In this document: positions 18,585 through 27,454 of the stretch, piece after piece | Layout: every line of letters begins with the position of its first letter | Position numbering within the stretch: position 1 is the first letter of the stretch | NCBI GenBank assembly: GCA_963801165.1 | Contig: CAWDDT010000005.1 | Location: 64,001 to 128,000, forward strand | Length of the DNA stretch: 64,000 nt | Source: an uncultured bacterium | GTDB taxonomy: Bacteria; Actinomycetota; Acidimicrobiia; Spongiisociales; UBA5794 | Direction of reading: 5' to 3' | Notes under the pieces: generated by a model | Told to the model about the DNA's origin: nothing | The model's database searches: none | Seen by the model: only the letters and a program-made list of their open reading frames with translations | Program-made: the position numbers and the translations under genes

Positions 18585-19648
18585 CCACCGCCACTCTTTC
18601 CACCCCTGGCGAGAAGTACCTCGAGGCCGTTCAGAGAGGTCTGGCCGACCTTCCTGAGGAAGACGTCGAGGAGGTATTACAGGACCTGGCCGCCCATATC
18701 GCCGAGTTGGGAGATGCCGACCCGGCCAACGCGCTGGGACGCCCGGAGACGTTCGTCGCCGAGTTTCGCCGAAGTGCCGGACTCGACAACACGGCCAACA
18801 AGGGTCGCAGCACGCACATCCTCCGATGGATGCAGCGCCGGATAGCCATGATCGAGCGGATGCGCCGGAACACGGTCCATGCGCTTCAACCCCTTCTCGA
18901 GCCGGTGGCGCAACACCGGGAGGAGCTACGAACTGTCTGGATATGGATGCGCGGAATCATCGCGATCACCGCGTACGCGTGGATAAATGGCAACCCCTAC
19001 GACACCGGAAGCTGGCTCGGCATCGGCGGGATGGTGCGGACACTGAGCATCATTGGCGCCGTGACCGCAACATCGGTATGGGTGGCGCAAGAGGAGGGAA
19101 ACTGGTGGCGCCGCACCGGAGCTGCGTTCACGGTCGCGACGGCGGTCCTCGCATTGATCGCTCTCGCGACACCCAGATACCAGCCGTACCCGGCGGACGC
19201 CTACTACCCGGTGACCGACGAATCGAACCCGGTTCTGCTCATCGGGCCAAACGGACCCATCCAGAACCTCTATGCGTACGACACCGCCGGGAACCCGGTA
19301 CACGTTCTTCTCTACGACGAGTACGGGAATCCGATCCTCACTCTCCCCGGCTATGCATATGACGAAGCGGCAACGGACGGCCGCACCGGCAATCCGTTCA
19401 TCTGGGAGGGCTACGAGCTGAAGTTCACCACCGACGCCTACGGTCGACCCATCGGCAACCTCTATCCGCTTGCCCGCTACGAGTGGACCGAGACCGGTGC
19501 CCGGTCGGCGCCGCAGCCACCACCGGTTGTCGGGATCCCCGAGATTCCCATATCCGGCACCACCAGCGACCAGCAGACCGACCCCGGCACAACGACCATC
19601 ACGACGACACAGACAACAGCAGAGCCCGGCCTGCCTGGTCGCTATTAG
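18581..19648 (+). CDS. Membrane protein with N-terminal HAAS/DUF1700-like domain
   Basis: 'YLEAVQRGLADLP...EVLQDLAAHIAE...LGRPETFVAEF'; about 3 TM helices; coupled to padR. Confidence 0.75.
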   Translation: MTTATLSTPGEKYLEAVQRGLADLPEEDVEEVLQDLAAHIAELGDADPANALGRPETFVAEFRRSAGLDNTANKGRSTHILRWMQRRIAMIERMRRNTVHALQPLLEPVAQHREELRTVWIWMRGIIAITAYAWINGNPYDTGSWLGIGGMVRTLSIIGAVTATSVWVAQEEGNWWRRTGAAFTVATAVLALIALATPRYQPYPADAYYPVTDESNPVLLIGPNGPIQNLYAYDTAGNPVHVLLYDEYGNPILTLPGYAYDEAATDGRTGNPFIWEGYELKFTTDAYGRPIGNLYPLARYEWTETGARSAPQPPPVVGIPEIPISGTTSDQQTDPGTTTITTTQTTAEPGLPGRY

Positions 19649-19665
19649 CGGTCGACGTCGCTACT

Positions 19666-19965
19666 TCAGCGCAGCGAGGCCATGATCGTGGGAGCGGACA
19701 CCAATGCGGCGCCCTCTTCGCCCTGCACCGCGCGGTAGAACTCGCATTTGAGACAGTTGGCGACCTTGGCGGCAAACGTCCCCTGGACAACCCCGCCACA
19801 CAACGTACCGGCCAGCGCCCAGCACGCCCTGCCGCCGTTACTTCCACCGTTGATGCCGTCGCAACGTGTTTCCACCGCGGCGGCGCATACACCCAGTTCT
19901 CTGGCCTTGGAGCCACCCGGCTCGCGGCCACACCGCTTGAACTCCCAGCAATTCTTCTTGGCCAT
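19666..19965 (-). CDS. Small Cys-rich two-CW domain protein
   Basis: NCWEFKRC...C...GGRACW..AGTLC...CLKCEFY. Confidence 0.8.
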   Translation of the reverse strand: MAKKNCWEFKRCGREPGGSKARELGVCAAAVETRCDGINGGSNGGRACWALAGTLCGGVVQGTFAAKVANCLKCEFYRAVQGEEGAALVSAPTIMASLR

Positions 19966-20048
19966 GGAGCGCCTTTCGATCGACTCAGATCCCGGTCGAC
20001 TCCTGGGCGCCAATTATTAGTCCTGCTCTGTGTATTTCGAGGTCGGTG

Positions 20049-20738
20049 TCACTCGTCTGCCGGTTTGACGTCCTGGGCGGCCACCCGCTCCGGATCGTCC
20101 CGCCACACGAAGTAGGAGTAGGCGACAAGGAAGATGATCCCGGGGATCATGACGACCATCATCCCATAGAACGCCCACTGGCCACCGACAAACGCTCCGA
20201 GCATGGTGACGAGACCGGTCGCTATGAAGATACGGCCTCCGAGACGGTGTGTTTTGGTCCACGACAGCTTGCTGCTGAGCGTCCACGGGGTGCGCACACC
20301 GGCGAACCAGTTGGGCCGGAGCTTCCCCATTACGGCACCGAGGACGACGAACAGGACACCAACACTCCCCATGATCAGGTCGCCGGTCGGGATTGTCTCC
20401 TCGCGACCAATGGCGAGCACCGTCACGGCGTAGACGAAGCCCAGGTACACCATCAGCACAACGCGAATGAGCATGTAGGTGCCGGCAAAGGTCTCGTAGT
20501 TGCGCCGCGCCGGATCGATACGCGGGATGTACTTCAACACAAGGTACAAACCGACGGCGACGATGGGCTCGAGCAGAAGCCCAACGAACTTGCCGCCGTA
20601 TCCATCGACCTGACCGGCGGCGTTCCAATGGATCGGGATCCGGTCGGGGACCGACCCCCACCGCAGCGCAGCCGTGATGAACATCGCTGCGATGATCACA
20701 AGCTGGACGATCTCCCATTGTCTCTTGTACCTCGTCAT
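20049..20738 (-). CDS. sdpI: SdpI family immunity membrane protein (DUF1648 + SdpI)
   Basis: PDRIPIHWNAAGQVDGY; PNWFAGVRTPWTLSSKLSWTKTHRLGG. Confidence 0.9.
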   Translation of the reverse strand: MTRYKRQWEIVQLVIIAAMFITAALRWGSVPDRIPIHWNAAGQVDGYGGKFVGLLLEPIVAVGLYLVLKYIPRIDPARRNYETFAGTYMLIRVVLMVYLGFVYAVTVLAIGREETIPTGDLIMGSVGVLFVVLGAVMGKLRPNWFAGVRTPWTLSSKLSWTKTHRLGGRIFIATGLVTMLGAFVGGQWAFYGMMVVMIPGIIFLVAYSYFVWRDDPERVAAQDVKPADE

Positions 20739-20739
20739 G

Positions 20740-21045
20740 TCACTCCTCTACAGAGTCCGGCTCTGAGGGCCGCCGGGCACGATGGCTCCCGAAATACGAC
20801 ATGACCGAGGCTGCCGCATCGTCGAAGGCCGACATGTTTATCGAGTAGACCACCTGGGTCCTGCTTCGTTCCGAAACGATCAACCCGGCCGTCTTCAGCA
20901 CATTGAAATGACCCGACATGGTCGACTTGGCGAGATCGAAGTGTGCGGCCAGCTCCCCGGCGGTCATGTCGCCGTCTCGGAGCAAACGAAGCACCTCCCG
21001 CCGTGTCGGGTCGGCCAGCGCTCGCATTGTCTCGTTGATGCTCAT
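20740..21045 (-). CDS. sdpR: ArsR family autorepressor (SdpR-like)
   Basis: ALADPTRREVLRLLRDGDMTAGELA...STMSGHFNVLK; directly upstream of sdpI. Confidence 0.88.
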   Translation of the reverse strand: MSINETMRALADPTRREVLRLLRDGDMTAGELAAHFDLAKSTMSGHFNVLKTAGLIVSERSRTQVVYSINMSAFDDAAASVMSYFGSHRARRPSEPDSVEE

Positions 21046-21046
21046 G

Positions 21047-21078
21047 TTCGGTGTTTCGCTAAACACCGAATTATAGCA
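21047..21078 (-). promoter_or_regulatory. SdpR-like operator and extended -10 promoter
   Basis: TTCGGTGTTT-CGCT-AAACACCGAA perfect inverted repeat (21047-21070); TGcTATAAT on the minus strand at 21078-21070. Confidence 0.72.
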
Positions 21079-21100
21079 CCCGTGCGGCCCCCGATCTATG

Positions 21101-21595
21101 TCAACGCGGTCTAGGGAGAGGAACGTCGGGAATGACGAGAAAGACCGGATAGCCGTCGGCAATGGCCTGAAAACGCTCAACCGGGGCACCCCTGGGCACG
21201 GGGATGTGGGGCCGACCGCCCGGGACCTTGTCCACGTATCGCTTCAGGATCGGGCCGCGCCCGGCGGCCGGGACTTCCTCGAGACGACAGGGGTACGAGC
21301 GGCGGCGGCGCAGCACGACCCGGCCTCCCGCTGCACTGACGTTGTGCACCCAGGCACACTCGCCGAGCATCGACACGAGGTACCAGTCGCCGCCTACGTC
21401 CGCCATACCGAGTGGGAAGCTCCGGAGTAACCCGCTCTTCCGGCCTCGCACCGCGAGAACCACCCATCGTCTCGGCAGCACGCCAAGTCTCATCACCCTC
21501 GCCCATAGCCGGGAGAACCGACGGGCAACTTCATCCCGCTTGCCCGCCGAGTACATCCGGCGCGCCGCATCATCCGAGATCAACCTGAGTCTCAC
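21101..21595 (-). CDS. Deazaflavin (F420)-dependent nitroreductase-family protein
   Basis: 'LAVRGRKSG..RSFPL', 'WVHNV.AAG', C-terminal 'YPVF'. Confidence 0.75.
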   Translation of the reverse strand: MRLRLISDDAARRMYSAGKRDEVARRFSRLWARVMRLGVLPRRWVVLAVRGRKSGLLRSFPLGMADVGGDWYLVSMLGECAWVHNVSAAGGRVVLRRRRSYPCRLEEVPAAGRGPILKRYVDKVPGGRPHIPVPRGAPVERFQAIADGYPVFLVIPDVPLPRPR

Positions 21596-21598
21596 GCC

Positions 21599-22894
21599 CT
21601 ACCCCAGCGGGTCCGATTCGCCGGTCTGCTCGAAGACCCTCCTGGCCTTGCCGACCTCCGAGCGGGGCATCGAACCCGGGTCGCCGACCAACACCGTCGT
21701 CCGGGACCGAAGCCTGCTGAGCAGGTCCTTCTCGAGACGTTCCCGTATCTCGTCGCGCCGGGGGATTTCGGTCTGCGACGCCAACTCGCAACGCACGACC
21801 ATCTCCATCATCGTCCCACGCTTGTCGAGCACGATCGCCCACTGGCCGGACACGCCGGATTCTGCGAGGACGACGGCTTCGATCTCCGATGGGAAGACGT
21901 TGACACCGCGCACGATGAGCATGTCGTCGACGCGCCCGCTGATGCGATCCATGCGTTGGAAGGTGCGGCCGCACGCGGACGGCTCGTCAACGAATCTGGT
22001 GATGTCACCGGTGCGGTAGCGAATGACCGGCAGCGCCTCCTTGGTCAGCGTGGTGAGCACGAGCTCGCCCTGGGCGCCGTCCGGAACGGGGTCGCCCGTC
22101 TTCGGGTCGACTATCTCGGGATAGAAGTGGTCATCAAAGATGAAGGGGGCACCCTTCCCCGCCACCGACTCCATGGCCACACCCGGGCCAATCACCTCCG
22201 ACAGCCCATAGATGTCCAGAGCGTCTATCGCCCACGCCTCTTCGATCTTGACACGCATCGACTCGGACCACGGCTCGGCACCGAGAATGCCGTACTCCAG
22301 CTTGATCTGATCCTTCACCCCGGCCGCCTCGGCCTTCTCGGCAAGCAAGAGCGTGAAGGAAGGTGTCGCGCAGATCCCCCGAGCCCCCAGATCGGCGAGC
22401 AGCTGGACCTGAAAAGCGGCGTTGCCACCGGAGGCGGGAACCACCGTCACCCCGAACCGCTCCGCCCCTCCGTGGAGACCGAGCCCCCCGGTGAAGAGGC
22501 CATAGCCATATGCGTTGTGGAAAACGTCCTCGGGCCGGGCGCCGGCGCAGCCGAGCACCCGGGCATTGACTTCGGAGAACACGTCGAGATCGGTCTTCGT
22601 ATAGGCCACCACCGTCGGCTTCCCGGAAGTACCAGAGGAAGCGTGGATCCGGTTGCACTGCTCGATGGGCACGGCCAGCATCCCGTAGGGATACGAGTCC
22701 CGCATCTCCGACTTGACCGTGAAGGGCAGCTTGGTGATGTCGTCGATCGACTCGACGGCGGTCACACCGGCGAGCTTCTCGCGCCAGAAGGGGTTGTTGG
22801 ATGCCCGTAACCTGTCGACCAGAGCGATCAATCGGTCCGTCTGCAGCTTCCGCTTCGCCTCCCGACCCATCGTTTCCAGCTCAGGCTGATACAT
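21599..22894 (-). CDS. paaK: Phenylacetate-CoA ligase
   Basis: RIHASSGTSGKP, AYGYGLFTGGLG, GAEPWS, DIYGLSE, RYRTGD, GRVDDMLIVRGVNVFP. Confidence 0.93.
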   Translation of the reverse strand: MYQPELETMGREAKRKLQTDRLIALVDRLRASNNPFWREKLAGVTAVESIDDITKLPFTVKSEMRDSYPYGMLAVPIEQCNRIHASSGTSGKPTVVAYTKTDLDVFSEVNARVLGCAGARPEDVFHNAYGYGLFTGGLGLHGGAERFGVTVVPASGGNAAFQVQLLADLGARGICATPSFTLLLAEKAEAAGVKDQIKLEYGILGAEPWSESMRVKIEEAWAIDALDIYGLSEVIGPGVAMESVAGKGAPFIFDDHFYPEIVDPKTGDPVPDGAQGELVLTTLTKEALPVIRYRTGDITRFVDEPSACGRTFQRMDRISGRVDDMLIVRGVNVFPSEIEAVVLAESGVSGQWAIVLDKRGTMMEMVVRCELASQTEIPRRDEIRERLEKDLLSRLRSRTTVLVGDPGSMPRSEVGKARRVFEQTGESDPLG

Positions 22895-22924
22895 GGCTCC
22901 TCCTCCGACCGATCTTGCGCAAGT

Positions 22925-23521
22925 TCATGAAGATACGACCCGGCAACCCACCGCTCTCATCTCTGCGATGGCTTTATCCCCGTCGCCGGGCTCGAGATCG
23001 ACCGCGCTCATGGCGTCTTCGAAGAGCGTCACCTCGAACCCGTAGTCGGCGCCGTCGAGGGCAGTCGCCTTGATGCAATAGTCGGTGGCCAGACCGCAGA
23101 CGACGATCTTCCTGATCCCCCAGCGCTCGAGCTGGTCTCGCAGGCCCGTCTCCGTCACCACATCGCTCGCCGGATCCCGCATCGAGAACCCGGAGTAACC
23201 GTCCTCGCCGCCGGTTCCCTTGCGCACCACGGGGCCGTCGACGATGAGGTTGGGGTGGAACGCCGCTCCCCAGGTGTCACCGACGCAGTGCACCGGCCAG
23301 ATGCCACCGTCCTTGGCGAAATGCGGTGAGGTGCCGGGATGCCAATCGGCGGTGTAGACGACTCTTGCCCCAGCGCTGCGCGCCCGGGCGATCTCGGTGT
23401 TGACAACGGGGACAACGTCCTCACCACCCCCGACATATAGGTTGCCGTTGGGGTCGGCGAAGTCGTTCTGCACATCAACGACCACAAGGGCCGTCTCACG
23501 GTCGTAGTCATATGCGGGCAT
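22925..23521 (-). CDS. pncA: Nicotinamidase/pyrazinamidase
   Basis: VDVQNDF, DWH, WPVHCV, KG...YSGF, GLATDYC. Confidence 0.92.
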   Translation of the reverse strand: MPAYDYDRETALVVVDVQNDFADPNGNLYVGGGEDVVPVVNTEIARARSAGARVVYTADWHPGTSPHFAKDGGIWPVHCVGDTWGAAFHPNLIVDGPVVRKGTGGEDGYSGFSMRDPASDVVTETGLRDQLERWGIRKIVVCGLATDYCIKATALDGADYGFEVTLFEDAMSAVDLEPGDGDKAIAEMRAVGCRVVSS

Positions 23522-23553
23522 GCGGCGATCTTAACCCGCCCACGTGGGCCGCT

Positions 23554-23740
23554 CCCTGACGGCGCAGCCTGGATCCACGGATTGGGGAGGAGGAATCGCT
23601 CGATCCGGCAAAGAACCTCGGAACCTGGCGCTACCGGCTGTTTCCCCGGGAGATTGAAGGCGGTCAACGAGCAGCATCGTCGGTACTGCCGCAAGGATCG
23701 AGTGATCCGTCAATCTGCAACCGTGGATTCAGGCTCAGGG
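23554..23740 (+). ncRNA. Candidate rod-shaped structured RNA (or MITE-like element)
   Basis: Nested helices: 23566-23580/23721-23735, ATCGCTCGATCC/GGATCGAGTGAT, GGCA/TGCC, TACCGGC/GTCGGTA; the non-Watson-Crick pairs within these helices are G-U on the + strand. Confidence 0.4.
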
Positions 23741-23837
23741 GTCTCAGGGTCGGACCAGGGTCACTCCCCATAGATGACACGGCCAGGTTGCGAGAAGCTG
23801 GAGTCACAGAAAGCACACGCATTGAGACGAGGCAGAC

Positions 23838-24209
23838 ATGACAACTACCACACCAATCGAGAACACATCCGCGGAGATCTCGAGCGACTCCCGCAACTGG
23901 GCGACTCTCAGCCACCTGTCGGCGTTCTCCGTCTTCATGGGCATTCCCTCCGTAGTCGGACCGCTGGTCATGTGGCTGCTACGCCGGGACGACCCGTACG
24001 CGGAACACCATGCCAAGGAGGCGTTGAACTTCAACATCTCCATCATCCTCTACTCGGTTGTCGCCGCCATCAGCATCATCATGCTGATCGGGATCCTGGC
24101 GCTACCAGCAGTATTGATCGCATGGTTCGTACTCACGATCCAGGGTGCGATGCGCGCCTCCCAGGGCGAGTACTACGAGTACCCGTTGACCATCCGGTTC
24201 ATCAAGTAA
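23838..24209 (+). CDS. DUF4870 family membrane protein
   Basis: 'WATLSHLS...GPLVMWL...HAKEALNFNIS...YEYPLTIRFIK'. Confidence 0.9.
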   Translation: MTTTTPIENTSAEISSDSRNWATLSHLSAFSVFMGIPSVVGPLVMWLLRRDDPYAEHHAKEALNFNISIILYSVVAAISIIMLIGILALPAVLIAWFVLTIQGAMRASQGEYYEYPLTIRFIK

Positions 24210-24262
24210 CCCAGATCCCGGGCACGCTCCCTTCCTCCCTCCCGTTCCCGTGCCCGAAACAG

Positions 24263-24296
24263 AGACCCCCGGTGACATCACCGTCGCCGGGGGTCT
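24263..24296 (+). terminator. GC-rich hairpin, probable terminator
   Basis: AGACCCCCGGTGAC-N6-GTCGCCGGGGGTCT followed by TGTGTT. Confidence 0.6.
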
Positions 24297-24437
24297 TGTG
24301 TTCCATGGTGGGCAAAACGAGATCGGAGCGGGCCACGGGCCGCTCGCCGGTAGCGGCCGCCTCGTGCGGACACGACGGGAAATGAACCGGGCCGGAGCGA
24401 GCAACACTTATCCTGGTCACCGGGAGTCGGGGAGGTT

Positions 24438-27134
24438 GTGTTGTCAGTTGTTCGTCGCCAGGTGTCGCTCGCAGCGATTCTGCTCGTCGCTGCTTTCGCC
24501 GTTCCCGCCGACGCCGACACCGCGGCTCTGCATACGACCCGGGTCTCGGCGGCGCCGGGCATGGGCGTCGATGGGGGCACCGATCCGCACGTCACCGACG
24601 ATGGCAGCATCATCGTCTTCGTCTCCTCCTCGAGCATCCTGGTCGAAGGTGACAACAACGGCGCCGGCGACGTTTTTGCATACGCAACGGCAACCGGGAA
24701 CGTGACACGGGTTTCGCTGGCGAGCGATGGCAGCGAGGCGGATAGGGCCAGCGGCGACCCCGCGATCTCGGCCGACGGCGGCACGATTGTCTTCGTATCG
24801 TCGGCAACGAACCTCGACGCGGACGCGGTCGGCGTTGCCGGCGATCTGTACATGCGCGATACCGCCACGGGAGAGACCACACGAATCACAGGTGGTTGGG
24901 ACGGCAGCGCTCTCAATGGGTGGGTCGGTGAACCGCAGATCTCTGCCGACGGGTCGACGATCGTCTACGCCTCGTTAGCCTCGAATATCGTCCCGGACGA
25001 CACCAACGCGACAGAGGACGTCTTTGCATACGACGTCGACACCGGAGCGACCATCAAGGTTTCCAGGTCGGCGATGGGCTCAAACGCCAACGGGCCGAGC
25101 AGCCACCCTGCGGTGTCGGCCGACGGTTCGCTGATTGTCTACGAGTCCACCGCCACCGACATCATCGCCGACGACACCAACACGGCGAGCGACGTGTTCG
25201 CCTACTACACGACCACCGGGACTACCGACCGTGCGTCCTTGACGGAGAACGGTGGACAGGCCGACGCCGCCAGCGACCACCCCGGCCTCGCTCCGGACGG
25301 CAGCACCGTCGTATTCGAGTCACAGGCGACGAATCTCACAGAGACCGCCACCCAGGCCGGCTACGACGTCTATATGCGCGACCTGGCAACCGGTGCCGTC
25401 GCCCTGGTCTCCGTTGCCACCGACGGGACACCGGGAGACGGCCCGAGCCGCAATCCCCGGATCTCTGCGGATGGGCTAACGGTCGTTTACGAGTCCGAAG
25501 CATCCAATCTCGTCGCCGGTGACACCAACTCCGCCGCGGATGTCTTCGCACATGAGACCTCTTCCGGAGCGACCACCCGCGTTTCCGTCGCCGACGACGG
25601 TACGCAGACCGACGCCGCCAGCCGGTACCCCGCCGTTGCATCCGATGGGGCGCGAGTCGTTTACGAGTCTGACGCGACCTCTCTGGCGACTAACGATGAC
25701 AACGCACATACCGACGTCTTCCTGACCCAGATCGTCAACCGTCCCCCCGTCGTCGCCGATGCATCATTGACGGTTCCCGAGGACGCCCACATCGGAGATG
25801 CCATAGGGCTCGTGCCCGCGGCCGATCCGGACAACGACGATCTGGCGTACACCGTCACCGACGGCGACGAGGCTGTGTTCGCCGTAGACAACCACGGCAA
25901 CGTGACCACCAAACAACTCCTCGACTTCGAGACCCGGAACACCTATGGCCTCACTGTCGATGTGTCCGACGGGCACTTGGTCGAGTCCGCCTCGCTTGCG
26001 ATCGAGGTGACCAACGTCAACGAGCGACCCCAAACAAGCGACTTCGAAACGTCTGTGCCCGAGGACGCACCAATCGGGACTCTTGTCGACACTGTCACGG
26101 CCAGCGACCCCGACGGCGACCCACTGAGCTTTTCGATTACCCGCCGTCCCGGCGGTGCCTTCGCTGTCGACCCAGTTACCGGCGACATCACAACCACTGC
26201 CATCCTGGACTACGAGACCGACCCCGGACACACTGTGACGGTTGTCGTGAGCGATGGGACATTCCAGACGGAATCCCGGGTGGTCGTCACCGTTAGCAAC
26301 GTGAACGAGGCCCCGACAGTCTCGGGTTTTGCGGCACAGACACCGGAGGACACGCCCGTTGGGGTCATCGTCGGAGCGTTGACGGCTTCCGACCCTGAGG
26401 GGGACGCGCTGACGTTTGAGATCACCGACGGCAATGCCGGCGGGGCGTTTGCAGTCGACGAAGCCGGCAACGTCTTGGTGGCCGGGGGCCTTGATTACGA
26501 GACGGTCCCCGGCTTCACGCTGACCGTGGCCGGATCGGACGGCGAGCTCGCCGGCGAGACCACAGTGACCATCGCTGTGACCGACGTGTATGAAGTCGAC
26601 CCCGCATACGACCCGTTTGACGACGACGGGTTCTTCGAAGCCGACATCGAGTGGCTCGCCTATAACGGGATAACCAGAGGGTGCGCTCCCCGCCTCTTCT
26701 GTCCCGATGACCCTGTCACCAGGGAGCAGCTCGCGGTCTTCCTGGTCAGGGCGCTGTCGCTCCCGGCACCGTCGCACGACTACTTCACCGACGACAAAGG
26801 CAGCTCGTTCGAAGACGCCATCAACAGGCTGGCCGAGGCCGGAATCACCAAGGGATGCAACCCGGGCGACGGCAACACCCACTTCTGCCCGCAGGATGCG
26901 GTGTCCCGGGGGGAGATGGCCGCGTTCCTGGTGCGTGCCCTCGGTTACACGGACGACGGGGCCGGCAACATATTTTCCGACGACGACGGCTCGATCTTCG
27001 AGTCGGCGATCGACAAGCTGGCAACCGCCGGCGTCACCAGAGGCTGCAACCCACCAGCCGACGACAATTACTGCCCGGACGATCTGGTGACACGGGGACA
27101 GATGGCCGCCTTCCTCCACCGCGCATTGGGATGA
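24438..27134 (+). CDS. Secreted surface protein: TolB/PD40-like beta-propeller, three cadherin domains, C-terminal SLH-like repeats
   Basis: Signal peptide; repeated 'PxISADG...D(T)NxxxDVF'; cadherin motifs 'PEDA','DPDGD','LDYET','VNE(R/A)P'; three 'GITRGC...FCP.D.VTR..MA.FL.RAL' repeats. Confidence 0.88.
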   Translation: MLSVVRRQVSLAAILLVAAFAVPADADTAALHTTRVSAAPGMGVDGGTDPHVTDDGSIIVFVSSSSILVEGDNNGAGDVFAYATATGNVTRVSLASDGSEADRASGDPAISADGGTIVFVSSATNLDADAVGVAGDLYMRDTATGETTRITGGWDGSALNGWVGEPQISADGSTIVYASLASNIVPDDTNATEDVFAYDVDTGATIKVSRSAMGSNANGPSSHPAVSADGSLIVYESTATDIIADDTNTASDVFAYYTTTGTTDRASLTENGGQADAASDHPGLAPDGSTVVFESQATNLTETATQAGYDVYMRDLATGAVALVSVATDGTPGDGPSRNPRISADGLTVVYESEASNLVAGDTNSAADVFAHETSSGATTRVSVADDGTQTDAASRYPAVASDGARVVYESDATSLATNDDNAHTDVFLTQIVNRPPVVADASLTVPEDAHIGDAIGLVPAADPDNDDLAYTVTDGDEAVFAVDNHGNVTTKQLLDFETRNTYGLTVDVSDGHLVESASLAIEVTNVNERPQTSDFETSVPEDAPIGTLVDTVTASDPDGDPLSFSITRRPGGAFAVDPVTGDITTTAILDYETDPGHTVTVVVSDGTFQTESRVVVTVSNVNEAPTVSGFAAQTPEDTPVGVIVGALTASDPEGDALTFEITDGNAGGAFAVDEAGNVLVAGGLDYETVPGFTLTVAGSDGELAGETTVTIAVTDVYEVDPAYDPFDDDGFFEADIEWLAYNGITRGCAPRLFCPDDPVTREQLAVFLVRALSLPAPSHDYFTDDKGSSFEDAINRLAEAGITKGCNPGDGNTHFCPQDAVSRGEMAAFLVRALGYTDDGAGNIFSDDDGSIFESAIDKLATAGVTRGCNPPADDNYCPDDLVTRGQMAAFLHRALG

Positions 27135-27137
27135 CAG

Positions 27138-27171
27138 GAGAGCCCCCGGCGACCGTGCGCCGGGGGCTCTC
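27138..27171 (+). terminator. GC-rich hairpin, probable terminator
   Basis: GAGAGCCCCCGGCG-N6-CGCCGGGGGCTCTC, perfect 14-bp stem 3 nt after the stop. Confidence 0.7.
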
Positions 27172-27454
27172 GCGTGTGCGGAGTTGTCCCTACCTGTTTC
27201 GGCCGGTGTGGTCGCCCGGATCCCCCTGCCCCCGGACGACAACACCGCCAAGTCCAGCCCCACAGCACCGCACCACCCACCACCGCTGCGCTATCCAGAC
27301 CGGATTTCCATTCCGGGTAACAAGAGCAGCGTGGCAAACTTGTGATACAAGGAATCTCGACACACCTCTGAGACCAGCGGAAAGATAAGCCGGACAAATA
27401 GGCCTCAGGTATCCGGGGCTGCGGCCGATTGATCACGATACGGAGGACTGGACG

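Noticed and set aside
21099-21104. TTGACA as the -35 of the sdpR promoter
   Set aside because: Spacing to TATAAT is 23 nt, too long; the extended -10 suffices
23600-23700. SRP (4.5S) RNA
   Set aside because: AGCAG is present but the CAGG-stem-GNRA domain IV is not
25764-27263. Long antisense ORFs (499 aa here; also 40930-42189, 46290-47825, 55777-56961)
   Set aside because: Shadows of well-supported genes, expected with high GC3; no motifs
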